From an uncultured bacterium (GTDB lineage: Bacteria; Bacillota_I; Bacilli_A; RF39; UBA660): a stretch of DNA of 64,000 nucleotides. The translations under genes and the position numbers were made by a program. Location: the NCBI GenBank assembly GCA_945935525.1, contig CAMERI010000001.1, positions 227,548 through 291,547 on the forward strand, given 5' to 3'. This document shows, piece by piece, positions 50,300 to 60,105 of this stretch (its first letter is position 1; every line of letters begins with the position of its first letter). The notes under the pieces are model-generated. The model did not search any database and was not told the origin of the DNA. It saw nothing but the letters and a program-made list of their open reading frames with translations.

Positions 50300-50899
50300 T
50301 TATTTCTCAATTATAGGTTTAACTATCTCTAAAGTTTTAATATAGTTATATCTTCCAAGTACTCTTTCTTGAGGCATCTCTACTCTTTCAATTATAGGAG
50401 AATAACCTAACTTATGAGACCAAGTACCATCCATATTTTGTCTTATAAAATGAAAATCAAAAGATGCTTTAAAAAAAGCAATTTTATATCCTCCATGATG
50501 AGTATCCCCAAGCATAGTGCATTCATAAGAGTCTATACCAAGCAATTCCAAATCCTTTTGCAAATCATATAAATTAGTATTTAAATCATTTGAACTATAA
50601 AGGTCATCAGTCATAAACCCTAAGTTATGAGTTAAATTATCTATTTCTTTATATTCATATACACTTGCAAATATTTCTGGAGTTATTAATCCCAAAGCAT
50701 ACATATAACAATTAGAATGATTATATTTGCCTTCCTTCTCATCAAAAAGAGGCTTATTAGTTCCAAGTTTAACACACAATTTTAGATATTCTCTATATAA
50801 TTCATACACATCTAAAGATGTTAAATTTCTAATATTTGATATTAATCTAACATAAACAAATACAAGTTCTCTATACGTTTTTAAATATTCTAGCGTCAT
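50300..50899 (-). CDS. Uncharacterised cytosolic protein, paralogue A (conserved Cys/His motifs)
   Basis: Shares 'NCYxYALG', 'GYK..F...F.DFHF.RQN.DG.WSHK.GY.PII' and 'Y..T.EIVKP' with the upstream gene. Confidence 0.5.
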   Translation of the reverse strand: MTLEYLKTYRELVFVYVRLISNIRNLTSLDVYELYREYLKLCVKLGTNKPLFDEKEGKYNHSNCYMYALGLITPEIFASVYEYKEIDNLTHNLGFMTDDLYSSNDLNTNLYDLQKDLELLGIDSYECTMLGDTHHGGYKIAFFKASFDFHFIRQNMDGTWSHKLGYSPIIERVEMPQERVLGRYNYIKTLEIVKPIIEK

Positions 50900-51486
50900 T
50901 TAAGCCTCCTAACAAGAGGTTTAACTATTTCATATGTATGGATAATATCATAATCTGAAACATCAAAAGGATTACATTTAGTTATTATAGGTCTATATCC
51001 TACTTTGTGTGACCAACTTCCATCACTATTTTGTCTTGTAAAATGAAAATCTTTAAAACCTCTATATAATGAAACTTTATATCCATTATGTAAATTTGGC
51101 TTATCTACTTCACTATCAAAACATTTTATTCTTAAGTAACCCATATCAGTTTCAAATCCAAACATTAAATCATTAGGATCTGATACATCAATAATATTGT
51201 TACTTATAAAACCTATATTATGTGTCATCATCTTCTTTTTAAATCTAGCATACACATCACTGAATACATCATGAGTTGTAAATCCTAACGCATAACAATA
51301 ACAATTACCATATCTATATTTATCCTTATCAGCTTTAAATGATGGACTATTAGTACTAACTCTACTTTCTAAAAATAAATATCTTTTATATAATTCTTTA
51401 ACTTCATCTTCACTAATACTAGAAAAATTATCTTTAATGAAATTAATTATATTATCCATCTCTCTCCTAATATCAAATTCATTCAT
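50896..51486 (-). CDS. Uncharacterised cytosolic protein, paralogue B (conserved Cys/His motifs)
   Basis: Tandem paralogue of 50300-50899 with a 4-nt overlap. Confidence 0.5.
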   Translation of the reverse strand: MNEFDIRREMDNIINFIKDNFSSISEDEVKELYKRYLFLESRVSTNSPSFKADKDKYRYGNCYCYALGFTTHDVFSDVYARFKKKMMTHNIGFISNNIIDVSDPNDLMFGFETDMGYLRIKCFDSEVDKPNLHNGYKVSLYRGFKDFHFTRQNSDGSWSHKVGYRPIITKCNPFDVSDYDIIHTYEIVKPLVRRLK

Positions 51487-51731
51487 ATTAACCCCTCAAA
51501 TTAGTGTATATTATATAAAAAAATGCTAAAAAAAGCAACAAAAAGAGAGATTCCCACGAAGTCCATCGAACTAGAATAGTTCTTCACTTATAACAAGGAA
51601 TCTCTCGTAAGAACAAATATACATTAAATGTATATAAAAGTCAATATTAACCTTTAAAGTGTGGTTGAAAGTGTGGTTCAAAATAAAAAAACAATTAAAA
51701 AAGCCTAAATATAAGGCTTAATTAACATTAA

Positions 51732-51777
51732 TGGTGTCCTCGGCACGATTCGAACGTGTGACCGACGGCTTAGAAGG
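51732..51777 (-). repeat. Partial copy of the 3' half of tRNA-Arg (att-site direct repeat of the tRNA at 61218-61294)
   Basis: tggtgtcctcggcacgattcgaacgtgtgaccgacggcttagaagg aligns with the 3' half of the intact tRNA-Arg. The core gaccgacggcttagaagg is identical, and the T-stem changes are compensatory. The expected 5' half is absent. A terminator hairpin (aagcctaaatataaggctt) follows on the minus strand. Confidence 0.7.
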
Positions 51778-51913
51778 TTTTTGATAAAACTCTAGCCATC
51801 GATTTATTACACATCGTTTTTTTGCCTTAAACACTGGGGAAAATAAACATTATTCTTTCTAAAGTTATGTTTTAACAATTAACGGGTGCCGTAAAATGGT
51901 GCCATACCAATTT

Positions 51914-52516
51914 TTAAACACCTTTCAAAATCTTATCAAACATATCTGCACTTTGCTGTTTACTAGCCTCATAAGCATGTGTATATATGTTCATTGTAGT
52001 ATTTGTATTTGAATGTCCTAGTCTTAAACTAACAGCTTTAATATTAACACCATTATCTATTAACAAGCTAGTGCAAGTATGTCTTAATTCATGAAAAGTA
52101 ATTTTAGGTAGATCATATTTTTTAATAATTTGAGAAAGTATATCTGTACAAGTATCTGGATGAATATGAGTACCATATTTTGATGTAAAAATTCTGTTTT
52201 CATTTTTTCACATTCTTCCAAGTTTCTTTTTATAATCATCTTGCCAAGCTTTGTACTCTTTTAATAAATCAATACATACTTGACTGATTATAATCTTTCT
52301 ATTGGAATATGTATTTTTAGCTTTTGATTCATCTACTATTCCATTTACTACTTTTAATCCATTATCAATTAGAATAGTATTATTTTCAAAATCTACATCA
52401 TTCCATTTAAGAGCACATATTTCACTTCTTCTTGCCCCACTATCAATTGCAAGTGTTATTAATGTTCTATATTTAATATTTTCATTTTTCAAGTGATTGT
52501 TCAAATGTGTATCCAT
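51914..52516 (-). pseudogene. int: Tyrosine integrase, N-terminally truncated and frameshifted
   Basis: 102-aa ORF carrying the box I Arg ('SGARRSEICALKW'). The C-terminal catalytic part ('FHELRHTCTSLLIDNGVNIKAVSLRLGHSNTNTTMNIYTHAY') is in a different frame, ending at 51914. No N-terminal arm/core-binding domain is present. Confidence 0.7.
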
Positions 52517-52862
52517 ATAATATATTATCTAATGATCCACTTCCATTAATATCTGAATTATATTCTACAAATTCATTTATATAATCTATTATTTCATTTT
52601 TACGTTCTAATGATGGTGTCTCTAAATAAAATCTTTCTATTAAATTACCATTCATAATTATTACTCCTTTTTTATTTATATGACATTAGGTTGTATCTAT
52701 TATATCATAAAATATTTCTTTTTAGATAGTCTAAAATCATACTGTGCTTATATAAAATTTATTATTAAACCAAACTAATTCAACATAAAAAGAGCAATAA
52801 AATATTTTACTGCTCAAAATATTATAAATTACTTTTTATATATTCTATTTAATCAACAAATA

Positions 52863-54938
52863 TTATTCATCGTAATGAGCTTTAGCAGGAGAAAATTCAT
52901 ACTTTTCACATTTTTCACCATTTAGTGTATATACCTTAGAACAAGTATACTTTTTTATTGCTTTAGGAAAACTATTTTTATAACATTTGGTACCACTTGC
53001 AACAAATCCTTCTTCACATACATACATTCCAACAGCATCAGTAGTTATTGTGGCGTAACACTTTGTACCCTTAAGTACAGTATCATCAGTGCATATATAT
53101 TTACTTGTGGCTGCTATTCCAGTTGTTTTAGCACACTGATTATTAACAGCTATATATCCACTTGGACAAATATATTTTTTCGTAGCAGCTATTGTTGTAT
53201 TAGAAGAAATAACACAATTTCCTTTTCCATCTGATGTTCCTTGAGAACAATAATATGTTTTATTAGCAAAGGTAGTGTAATGGCATAATCCATCGGTATA
53301 ATCATATCTTCCTTGTGCACACCAGTAATAATATGGACTTGCAGTGTGTTCACAAGTTTGGCCTTTTAATGTTCCAGAACTACAAGAATATTTGATAGAA
53401 GCAGCAACTATACTTGGTCTATTTTTTATGCAATTAGTTCCAGATAAATTATAAGAAGAATCAGGACATGAATATTTAACTTCAGCAGAAATATTAGAAA
53501 TGGTAAAACATTGATTTCCAGATGAAATATATCCTTTAGGACAAGAATATACTACAACTGCATCTGCAGATTCAACTTTTTCACATTTAGTATCTTTTAG
53601 TTTAAAACCATCTGCACATTTGTATACAAATTTTGAATCTCTAATATCATTACTTACGCAAATATCACCACTTACACTATAACCATCTTTACAGGTATAT
53701 GTAATTTTAGCATCTACAGAATCTATTGTTTTTTGACATTTATTGTCATCATTCAAAGTATATCCATTTTCACAGTAATAATATCCTTTAACACAGGTTC
53801 CATTTTTATTTATATACCCACTATCACATTTTTTTAAAGAAAAATATCCTTTAAGTATAAGTAAAAATAATAAACAAAGAATTAAAAACAACATTACTAT
53901 TTTTAAAACGAAATTTTCTGCAAAAAAATTTCTTATTTTAATAGCTATTGAACTATTCTTTATTAAATCAAAATAACTATCTTTAATATCATTATTCTTA
54001 ATAGCATCATTATCATATATTCCAATAGTAACAGATGTCAAATCAGATGAAAAATTAATTTTTTTACTAGTATTAGAATATATTTTTATTTTTTCTAAAT
54101 CTTTTCTCATTTTATTAGCACTATCATATCTATTATTATGATTAAATGAACATGCTTTAGTCAAGATACTCATAATTTCATTAGATATTCCATCTATATT
54201 TGGAATTTTTTCACCCGACATTCTAATATCAAATGCCTTCTTTTCATCAATATCAAAACTTACAAATGGAAGATTTCCATTAATCAATTTATACATAACA
54301 AGTCCTAATGAATATATATCAGATGTTGTATTTGGATTTTCACCATTATAAACTTCAGGAGAAATATAATCTAATGTACCAAATCCATTTAAATTATTAT
54401 TTGATGTTGCTATTCCAAAATCTCCAAGTTTATAATTACCTTTTTCATCAATAAATATATTACTAGGCTTAATGTCGTTATGTATAATATTTTTTGAAGA
54501 ACAATATTCTAAAGCTTTACATATATCACTGCCAAGTTTAATTACATCAGTAATTGTAACTTCCTTTTCAGAAAAATATTTAAGTATATCAGTTGCATAT
54601 TCCATAAATATATATATATCATATCCATTTTCTTCTTTTTTACTCTCCTGAAAAAAGTCATAATACTTAATAATATGATCATTATTATCAAGATTTTTCA
54701 TTATTTCAATTTCTTTTTTAATATTTTCAATGATATGCAAATAATAAACATTTATATCATCTTCACTTCTTATGTATCCTTCGGTAAAAAGAAATCTAAT
54801 TTCCTCATCATTTTTTGGTAAACTTATATATTTAACAGCACATACATCTCCATTATTATTTACTGCTCTATATACTTCAGAAAAACCTCCTTCACCTATT
54901 TTTTCATAAATTTTCCAATTTTTAATTTCTTTCTTCAT
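52863..54938 (-). CDS. Hanks-type Ser/Thr protein kinase with a TM segment and an extracellular Cys-pair repeat domain
   Basis: GEGGFSEV...AVK...HNDIKPSNIFID...DFGIAT...YISPEV; TM around residues 340-360; at least 10 repeats of Y-x-C-x2-G-[YF]-x-[LV]-x-G-x2-C. Confidence 0.8.
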   Translation of the reverse strand: MKKEIKNWKIYEKIGEGGFSEVYRAVNNNGDVCAVKYISLPKNDEEIRFLFTEGYIRSEDDINVYYLHIIENIKKEIEIMKNLDNNDHIIKYYDFFQESKKEENGYDIYIFMEYATDILKYFSEKEVTITDVIKLGSDICKALEYCSSKNIIHNDIKPSNIFIDEKGNYKLGDFGIATSNNNLNGFGTLDYISPEVYNGENPNTTSDIYSLGLVMYKLINGNLPFVSFDIDEKKAFDIRMSGEKIPNIDGISNEIMSILTKACSFNHNNRYDSANKMRKDLEKIKIYSNTSKKINFSSDLTSVTIGIYDNDAIKNNDIKDSYFDLIKNSSIAIKIRNFFAENFVLKIVMLFLILCLLFLLILKGYFSLKKCDSGYINKNGTCVKGYYYCENGYTLNDDNKCQKTIDSVDAKITYTCKDGYSVSGDICVSNDIRDSKFVYKCADGFKLKDTKCEKVESADAVVVYSCPKGYISSGNQCFTISNISAEVKYSCPDSSYNLSGTNCIKNRPSIVAASIKYSCSSGTLKGQTCEHTASPYYYWCAQGRYDYTDGLCHYTTFANKTYYCSQGTSDGKGNCVISSNTTIAATKKYICPSGYIAVNNQCAKTTGIAATSKYICTDDTVLKGTKCYATITTDAVGMYVCEEGFVASGTKCYKNSFPKAIKKYTCSKVYTLNGEKCEKYEFSPAKAHYDE

Positions 54939-57388
54939 TAATATCTACCACTTTCCAACTGTCTTTTCAAGATAACAAAACTAATAATAATAAAAGCAAC
55001 CGTCATAATAATAATTATAGTTCCATCATAAACTAAATGATTAATCGTAAAAGAGTAATAACTTTCTACTTCTCTAATGTATCCAGGAAAAACTTCTTGT
55101 ATAGAACTAATTAAACTGTTTAAATCATTAATAGTTCCAAGTGCTTCTACAGACCATCTGCATAATATAAAATTAGATATCTTACCTATAACACCATTTA
55201 ATGGAAATAGTATTCCAGAAAATAATAATTGAGGTACCAAAAGTAATGTAGGCATTGTTGAAGCAGAAGATGAATCTTTAGCCAATATAGAAACAAAAAG
55301 TCCCATGGAAGAAGCTGAAAATATAGTTAATATAATTATAAAAATAGTTTCTATATACCAGCTAAAAATAATACCATTACTTGGAACATCAACAAATAAA
55401 ACAAATGCAGAAATCAATAGAAAAGATTGAATTACAGAAAGTAAAAATAGAAAAAGTAGTTTTGAGCACAAATAAGATGATATACGTAAATCAGACATAT
55501 ATTCCTTTTCTAAAATTACTCGTTCTTTACAAACCTCTTGAATTGCATTTAAAAGTCCTAACCATATAGCAGCTGTAACTAAAGAAAATAAAATTGCTTT
55601 GGTTTCTTCATAAGAATAAAATATATTTTTAGTAACAACAATAGATAATAAAAATGCAATTAAAGGAACTTGTGCAAAAAGTAGTATTAATTGTTGATGA
55701 TTATTAATTAATATTTTTAATCTTCTTCTAAACAATGTATATAATTGTTTAGAAAATGATTTAGAATTCTTCTTTTTATTAATATTTGTAATTTCATTTT
55801 CAATATTTTTATTATTAGTATTAAATTCATCTATGTTATTTTTGTTATTATTTTTTGATTCATTAAATTCATTTAACCATTTATCTGGGTCATTTGAGAT
55901 TAAATTATAAATATCGACAAAATCTTTAACTTTAAAGAATTCTAAAGCTTCATCAGGTTTTCCATCAAAGCATAATTTACCACCATATCCAAAAAATACA
56001 ACTTTATCACATAAATTTAGATTTAAAGTATTATGAGTAACTAATATTATTGTTTTACCACTATCAGCCATTTTTCTTAATGTTTTCATTATACTTCTTT
56101 CTGTTCCTGGGTCAAGACCACTTGTAGGTTCATCAAGAAAAAATAATTTAGGGTCTGCAATTAATTCAACAGCTATACATGCTCTTTTTTTTTGTCCACC
56201 AGAAAGGTTTCTAATCATAACATCTTTTTTATCGGATAATTCGACTATCTCTAATACATTATTAATTCTATTAATTTTTTCTTGATAAGTAACATCATCA
56301 GGCATTCTAAGATTAGCTGAGTATTTAAGCATATCAATTAAAGTTAAATCGTTAAAAATTATATTTTCTTGTGGTACATAACCAATCAAATTTTTTAAAG
56401 CAGAATAATTATTAAACAGGTCACTACCATTAACCAAAACTTTACCACTTGTAGGTTTTGAAATACCACTGATACACTTTAAAAATGTAGATTTACCAGC
56501 TCCGCTTCCTCCAATAAATGCGATAAATTGACCAGGAGTTGCCGAAAAATTAATATGTTGTGCAATATCTTTCTTTTTTCCTTTAACTTTTATAGTTTTA
56601 ACTATATCTATAGCATCAAGTCTAACGCCTTCATCATATAACTGATATAAAATACTATTTTTATTATATATAAGCTTAATGTTATTAATAATTATTACAT
56701 CTTTGTCTTTAAGAAGCTTTTGTCCTACTAATATATTATTATTTAGTATTATACTACCTTTATTATTATAAGCACTTATATAATGTCCTTTATCTAGTTT
56801 TGTGATTTTAGCATGTTTAAGTAACACAGATATACGATTGAAAACAATATCACAATCTTCACCTCTACCAATCAATACATTTTTTTTATCACGTAAAGGA
56901 AAGCTAACCCACTTATTTGCTTTTTCTCCAATTGTAATAACCATTAGTATTCCTATACTTAGAGGATTATTAGGATTATCAATTTTGATGAAATCACCGT
57001 CATTTAAATAGCTATCTTTTGCTTTAACACTATTAACAAAAATACCATTTTTGCTATTTTCATCAAAAACTCTTATGGAACCATCATCAATAATAAAGTA
57101 TCCATGATGCTGTGATACTAATAAAGATGGTAAAACGATGTCATTATCTTCTGAACGCCCAAAAGTAATTTTATTACTTTCATAATCATTAAGAGAAATA
57201 TTTTTTATATAATTATCTCCAATTATAGTAATAATATATTTTATTTTCTTTTTTGTATTTTTATTTAAGTCGTTATTCTTTTCAGTATCATTAATATATG
57301 AAATAAAATTATCATCTTTTTTATTAATTTTAATCTCGGTATTAAAATCATTAATAAATTTACCTTTAGTATTTATCCCTTCATTCAC
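54938..57388 (-). CDS. ABC transporter (ABCG/ABC-2 type) with two N-terminal FHA domains (Rv1747-like architecture)
   Basis: Two FHA domains ('ITFGRSEDNDIVLP...', 'VLIGRGEDCDIVFN...'), then an NBD (GGSGAGKST, LSGGQKKR, LFFLDEPTSGLD), then a 6-TM permease. It overlaps the kinase gene by 1 nt. Confidence 0.8.
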   Translation of the reverse strand: MNEGINTKGKFINDFNTEIKINKKDDNFISYINDTEKNNDLNKNTKKKIKYIITIIGDNYIKNISLNDYESNKITFGRSEDNDIVLPSLLVSQHHGYFIIDDGSIRVFDENSKNGIFVNSVKAKDSYLNDGDFIKIDNPNNPLSIGILMVITIGEKANKWVSFPLRDKKNVLIGRGEDCDIVFNRISVLLKHAKITKLDKGHYISAYNNKGSIILNNNILVGQKLLKDKDVIIINNIKLIYNKNSILYQLYDEGVRLDAIDIVKTIKVKGKKKDIAQHINFSATPGQFIAFIGGSGAGKSTFLKCISGISKPTSGKVLVNGSDLFNNYSALKNLIGYVPQENIIFNDLTLIDMLKYSANLRMPDDVTYQEKINRINNVLEIVELSDKKDVMIRNLSGGQKKRACIAVELIADPKLFFLDEPTSGLDPGTERSIMKTLRKMADSGKTIILVTHNTLNLNLCDKVVFFGYGGKLCFDGKPDEALEFFKVKDFVDIYNLISNDPDKWLNEFNESKNNNKNNIDEFNTNNKNIENEITNINKKKNSKSFSKQLYTLFRRRLKILINNHQQLILLFAQVPLIAFLLSIVVTKNIFYSYEETKAILFSLVTAAIWLGLLNAIQEVCKERVILEKEYMSDLRISSYLCSKLLFLFLLSVIQSFLLISAFVLFVDVPSNGIIFSWYIETIFIIILTIFSASSMGLFVSILAKDSSSASTMPTLLLVPQLLFSGILFPLNGVIGKISNFILCRWSVEALGTINDLNSLISSIQEVFPGYIREVESYYSFTINHLVYDGTIIIIMTVAFIIISFVILKRQLESGRY

Positions 57389-57465
57389 TTTTAATCACCT
57401 ATTCTATTATAATCATATCATTTGCTATAAAATAAATCAATAAATATTCCATACACTATTTATAT

Positions 57466-57498
57466 ACCTAATAAAAAAGAATCCTAAATGGATTCTTA
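57466..57498 (-). terminator. Rho-independent terminator after the hydrolase gene
   Basis: aagaatcc-taaa-tggattctt hairpin followed on the minus strand by a T-run. Confidence 0.5.
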
Positions 57499-57510
57499 AA
57501 ATTTGTAATT

Positions 57511-59202
57511 TTATTTAATAATGCTTTCAAGTGGTTTACCTGAATTTTCAAAAGCTGAACATTGCATATTTGCAACACAATTTGCAAAATTTCCTATTAA
57601 ATTAGTATATTCAGTTTTATTTGAACCTACTACAATGAAAGCATGTGGTGCTTTTGCAACATTCCATCTATAAAGTAATTTTGCATTGCCAATATTAGCT
57701 GCAATAACATCTGCATTACTAGGTGGAACCATAGTATCATTATCTCCATGAATTATAATAACTTTACTTCCTTTTGGAAATTGTCTTCCTGAAGAAAATG
57801 CATTAGCATATTTGTCGTAATTTTCTTCTGTTAATCCAATTCCTCCAAATTTAATTAATAGTTTGGCAATAATATCTTCAAGTAATGATGAAGAATCTTT
57901 ATTAAAAGAATTATTTACTTTATTAATAGAGTAGTTATCAATAATATAAGTTTGTTTACTAATAGTATATTTATTCCACCAATCAATAATTTCATTTTTA
58001 TCTATTTCTGGAATTTGTATTTGGTTTTTATCATTTACGTTTGGATAATTGTCTTTTTTATTTTCTATATATTCATTTAACTTATCACTAAATCCTTTTA
58101 AATATTCATTAAGTTCAGTTCCATTAGTAATATCAATTTCATTAATTTCAGAAAAATCTCCAATATTTAAATTTTTAATTTGATTTTGAAGTTCATTCAT
58201 AAAGTTATTTACATCAATACCAAATCCACCAAGAAGTGCAGTAGACTGACTACTATCTCCTAAAGAAAGCATACCGGTAATAATTCCTGTCATAGAAGCA
58301 TATCCACAATCATCTACAAATCCTTTTACATTTAATTCTGTTAAATTGGCTGAATATACTCCCCCAGAAGCTGAAGCAATATCTGGATTTGTTGCAAGTT
58401 GAAGTGTTGTAGCACTACCTAAAGATACACCATGTACTACAATAGTTTCTGGTTTACTATTAACACCATATCTCGCATAATTAGTATTTAAATCTTTGAT
58501 CCAGTCATAAGTATCTAAACTTTCTAAGTAACCCATAGCTACTTTACCTTCGCTTTTTCCAGCACCTCTTAAATCCGGAGCAATAACATTATATCCTTGT
58601 GAAGTGTACATTTCTCCTAAAGTACTATATATTTGTTTTCCGGTCATATTTACACCATGTAATAATACTGCCCATTTATTAGAATTAGCATCACTTATAT
58701 AAACATTAGCGCTTAAACCATTATCACTTAGGCAATAATCTCCACCGATTGTTTCACATACTGTATATGATTTTAACGTTAAAGTTTTACTAACAATTGA
58801 TGAATTACCACCAATATTAGTATTTAATAAAGAATCCAATATGCTAATTATACTATTTAAAAATTTCCCAGTATCATTTTCATTATTTTCTATAACACTA
58901 TTAGTAAGTAAAGTGTTTGCATAACCAGTACCATCACCATCATCATAAGTTTTTCCATATTCTTGAACTTTTTCCAAGAAATCAACCTTAGCCTCTTCAA
59001 CATCCACGCTAGAATCCATATTGCTTGCATATTCTTTTAAGCCAGATAAATATTCTTTGTATTGTTTTGTCTCGTAAGTTTCTATAGTTTTTTCATTAGA
59101 AAAATCAAATAACTTAAAAACAACAAAAACTATGGCAATAACAACTACTATAATTCCTATCCACAAAACCCACTTATTACTTTTATTTTTTTCTTCACTC
59201 AT
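57511..59202 (-). CDS. Membrane-anchored alpha/beta-hydrolase (serine esterase/lipase-like)
   Basis: N-terminal TM; 'HGVSLGS' GxSxG nucleophile elbow; C-terminal 'HGDNDTMVP' and 'APHAF', which are candidate Asp and His of the triad. Confidence 0.6.
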   Translation of the reverse strand: MSEEKNKSNKWVLWIGIIVVVIAIVFVVFKLFDFSNEKTIETYETKQYKEYLSGLKEYASNMDSSVDVEEAKVDFLEKVQEYGKTYDDGDGTGYANTLLTNSVIENNENDTGKFLNSIISILDSLLNTNIGGNSSIVSKTLTLKSYTVCETIGGDYCLSDNGLSANVYISDANSNKWAVLLHGVNMTGKQIYSTLGEMYTSQGYNVIAPDLRGAGKSEGKVAMGYLESLDTYDWIKDLNTNYARYGVNSKPETIVVHGVSLGSATTLQLATNPDIASASGGVYSANLTELNVKGFVDDCGYASMTGIITGMLSLGDSSQSTALLGGFGIDVNNFMNELQNQIKNLNIGDFSEINEIDITNGTELNEYLKGFSDKLNEYIENKKDNYPNVNDKNQIQIPEIDKNEIIDWWNKYTISKQTYIIDNYSINKVNNSFNKDSSSLLEDIIAKLLIKFGGIGLTEENYDKYANAFSSGRQFPKGSKVIIIHGDNDTMVPPSNADVIAANIGNAKLLYRWNVAKAPHAFIVVGSNKTEYTNLIGNFANCVANMQCSAFENSGKPLESIIK

Positions 59203-59333
59203 AATTTTTCCTTCCTATTCTAAATTTAAATATACATTCTTTAATAAATAAAGTCAAGAATTAACAAAATATTTGGATGTATATTTATAATGTTATTTGA
59301 TAAAATTGACTATATTACTTTATGTTTTAAAAA

Positions 59334-59957
59334 TTAATAAATATTTTTTTCTTTGGATTTATTTTTATATAATTTAGTTATTAAAATTATTAATAATATA
59401 AATAAAAGTAGTAATGAAAAACGTGAATATAATTTAAATATCTTTAGTATTGCTTTCCAATTTCTTCCAACTATATGTCCTAGTATTATTAATACTAGAT
59501 TCCATATTACTGAACCAAGTAATGTATAAGTTATAAACTTACTTATATTCATTTTATTTATTCCTGCTGGTATTGAAATTATACTTCTAATTAATGGTAT
59601 AAATCTACCAAAAAATACTGTTTTTTTACCTTCGTTAGTAAACCATTTATTTGCATTATCTATATTGCTATTTTTTAATTTTAATACTCTTCCTAGTTTT
59701 CCTGAAATTAATATTTTTAATTTTTCTTTGCTAAATATAGTTCCTATTTTATATAACAATAAAGCACCAATTAGTGACCCTAAAGTTGATGAAATAATCA
59801 TTCCTATTATGTTTAATTTTGTATATGTTGTCATAAAACCACCAAATAATAAAATTAATTCTGATGGTATTGGTGGAAATATATTTTCAATTAATATTAA
59901 TAAAAATACTCCTATATATCCGTAACTATTCATAATATTTATAATAAATTCTTGCAT
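59334..59957 (-). CDS. DedA/SNARE-associated family membrane protein
   Basis: 'ENIFPPIPSELILLFGG' DedA signature plus multi-TM topology. Confidence 0.7.
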   Translation of the reverse strand: MQEFIINIMNSYGYIGVFLLILIENIFPPIPSELILLFGGFMTTYTKLNIIGMIISSTLGSLIGALLLYKIGTIFSKEKLKILISGKLGRVLKLKNSNIDNANKWFTNEGKKTVFFGRFIPLIRSIISIPAGINKMNISKFITYTLLGSVIWNLVLIILGHIVGRNWKAILKIFKLYSRFSLLLLFILLIILITKLYKNKSKEKNIY

Positions 59958-60071
59958 ATTATTTCTCCTTTAATAGTTTGTTTACTAAAATAATATATTT
60001 TTCCTAAAGAATTATTATTACTTTCTTCTAAATCTTTTAAATACTATTTAATTTTTTATACATTAATATAA

Positions 60072-60098
60072 ATTAAAAAAGAACTGATATTTCAGTTC
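60072..60098 (-). terminator. Rho-independent terminator after the hsdM remnant
   Basis: gaactga-tattt-cagttc hairpin followed on the minus strand by T6. Confidence 0.45.
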
Positions 60099-60105
60099 AA
60101 TACTT

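Noticed and set aside
52482-52655. 57-aa ORF (MNGNLIERFYLETPSLERKNEII...) upstream of the integrase fragment
   Set aside because: It is short, overlaps the integrase remnant, and has only a weak resemblance to a GNAT N-terminus. It is probably another decayed fragment, not a gene.
55381-57011. Small plus-strand ORFs inside the FHA-ABC transporter gene
   Set aside because: They are antisense to a long, well-supported CDS.
59665-59925. 86-aa ORF antisense to the DedA gene
   Set aside because: It is antisense to a conserved membrane protein gene.
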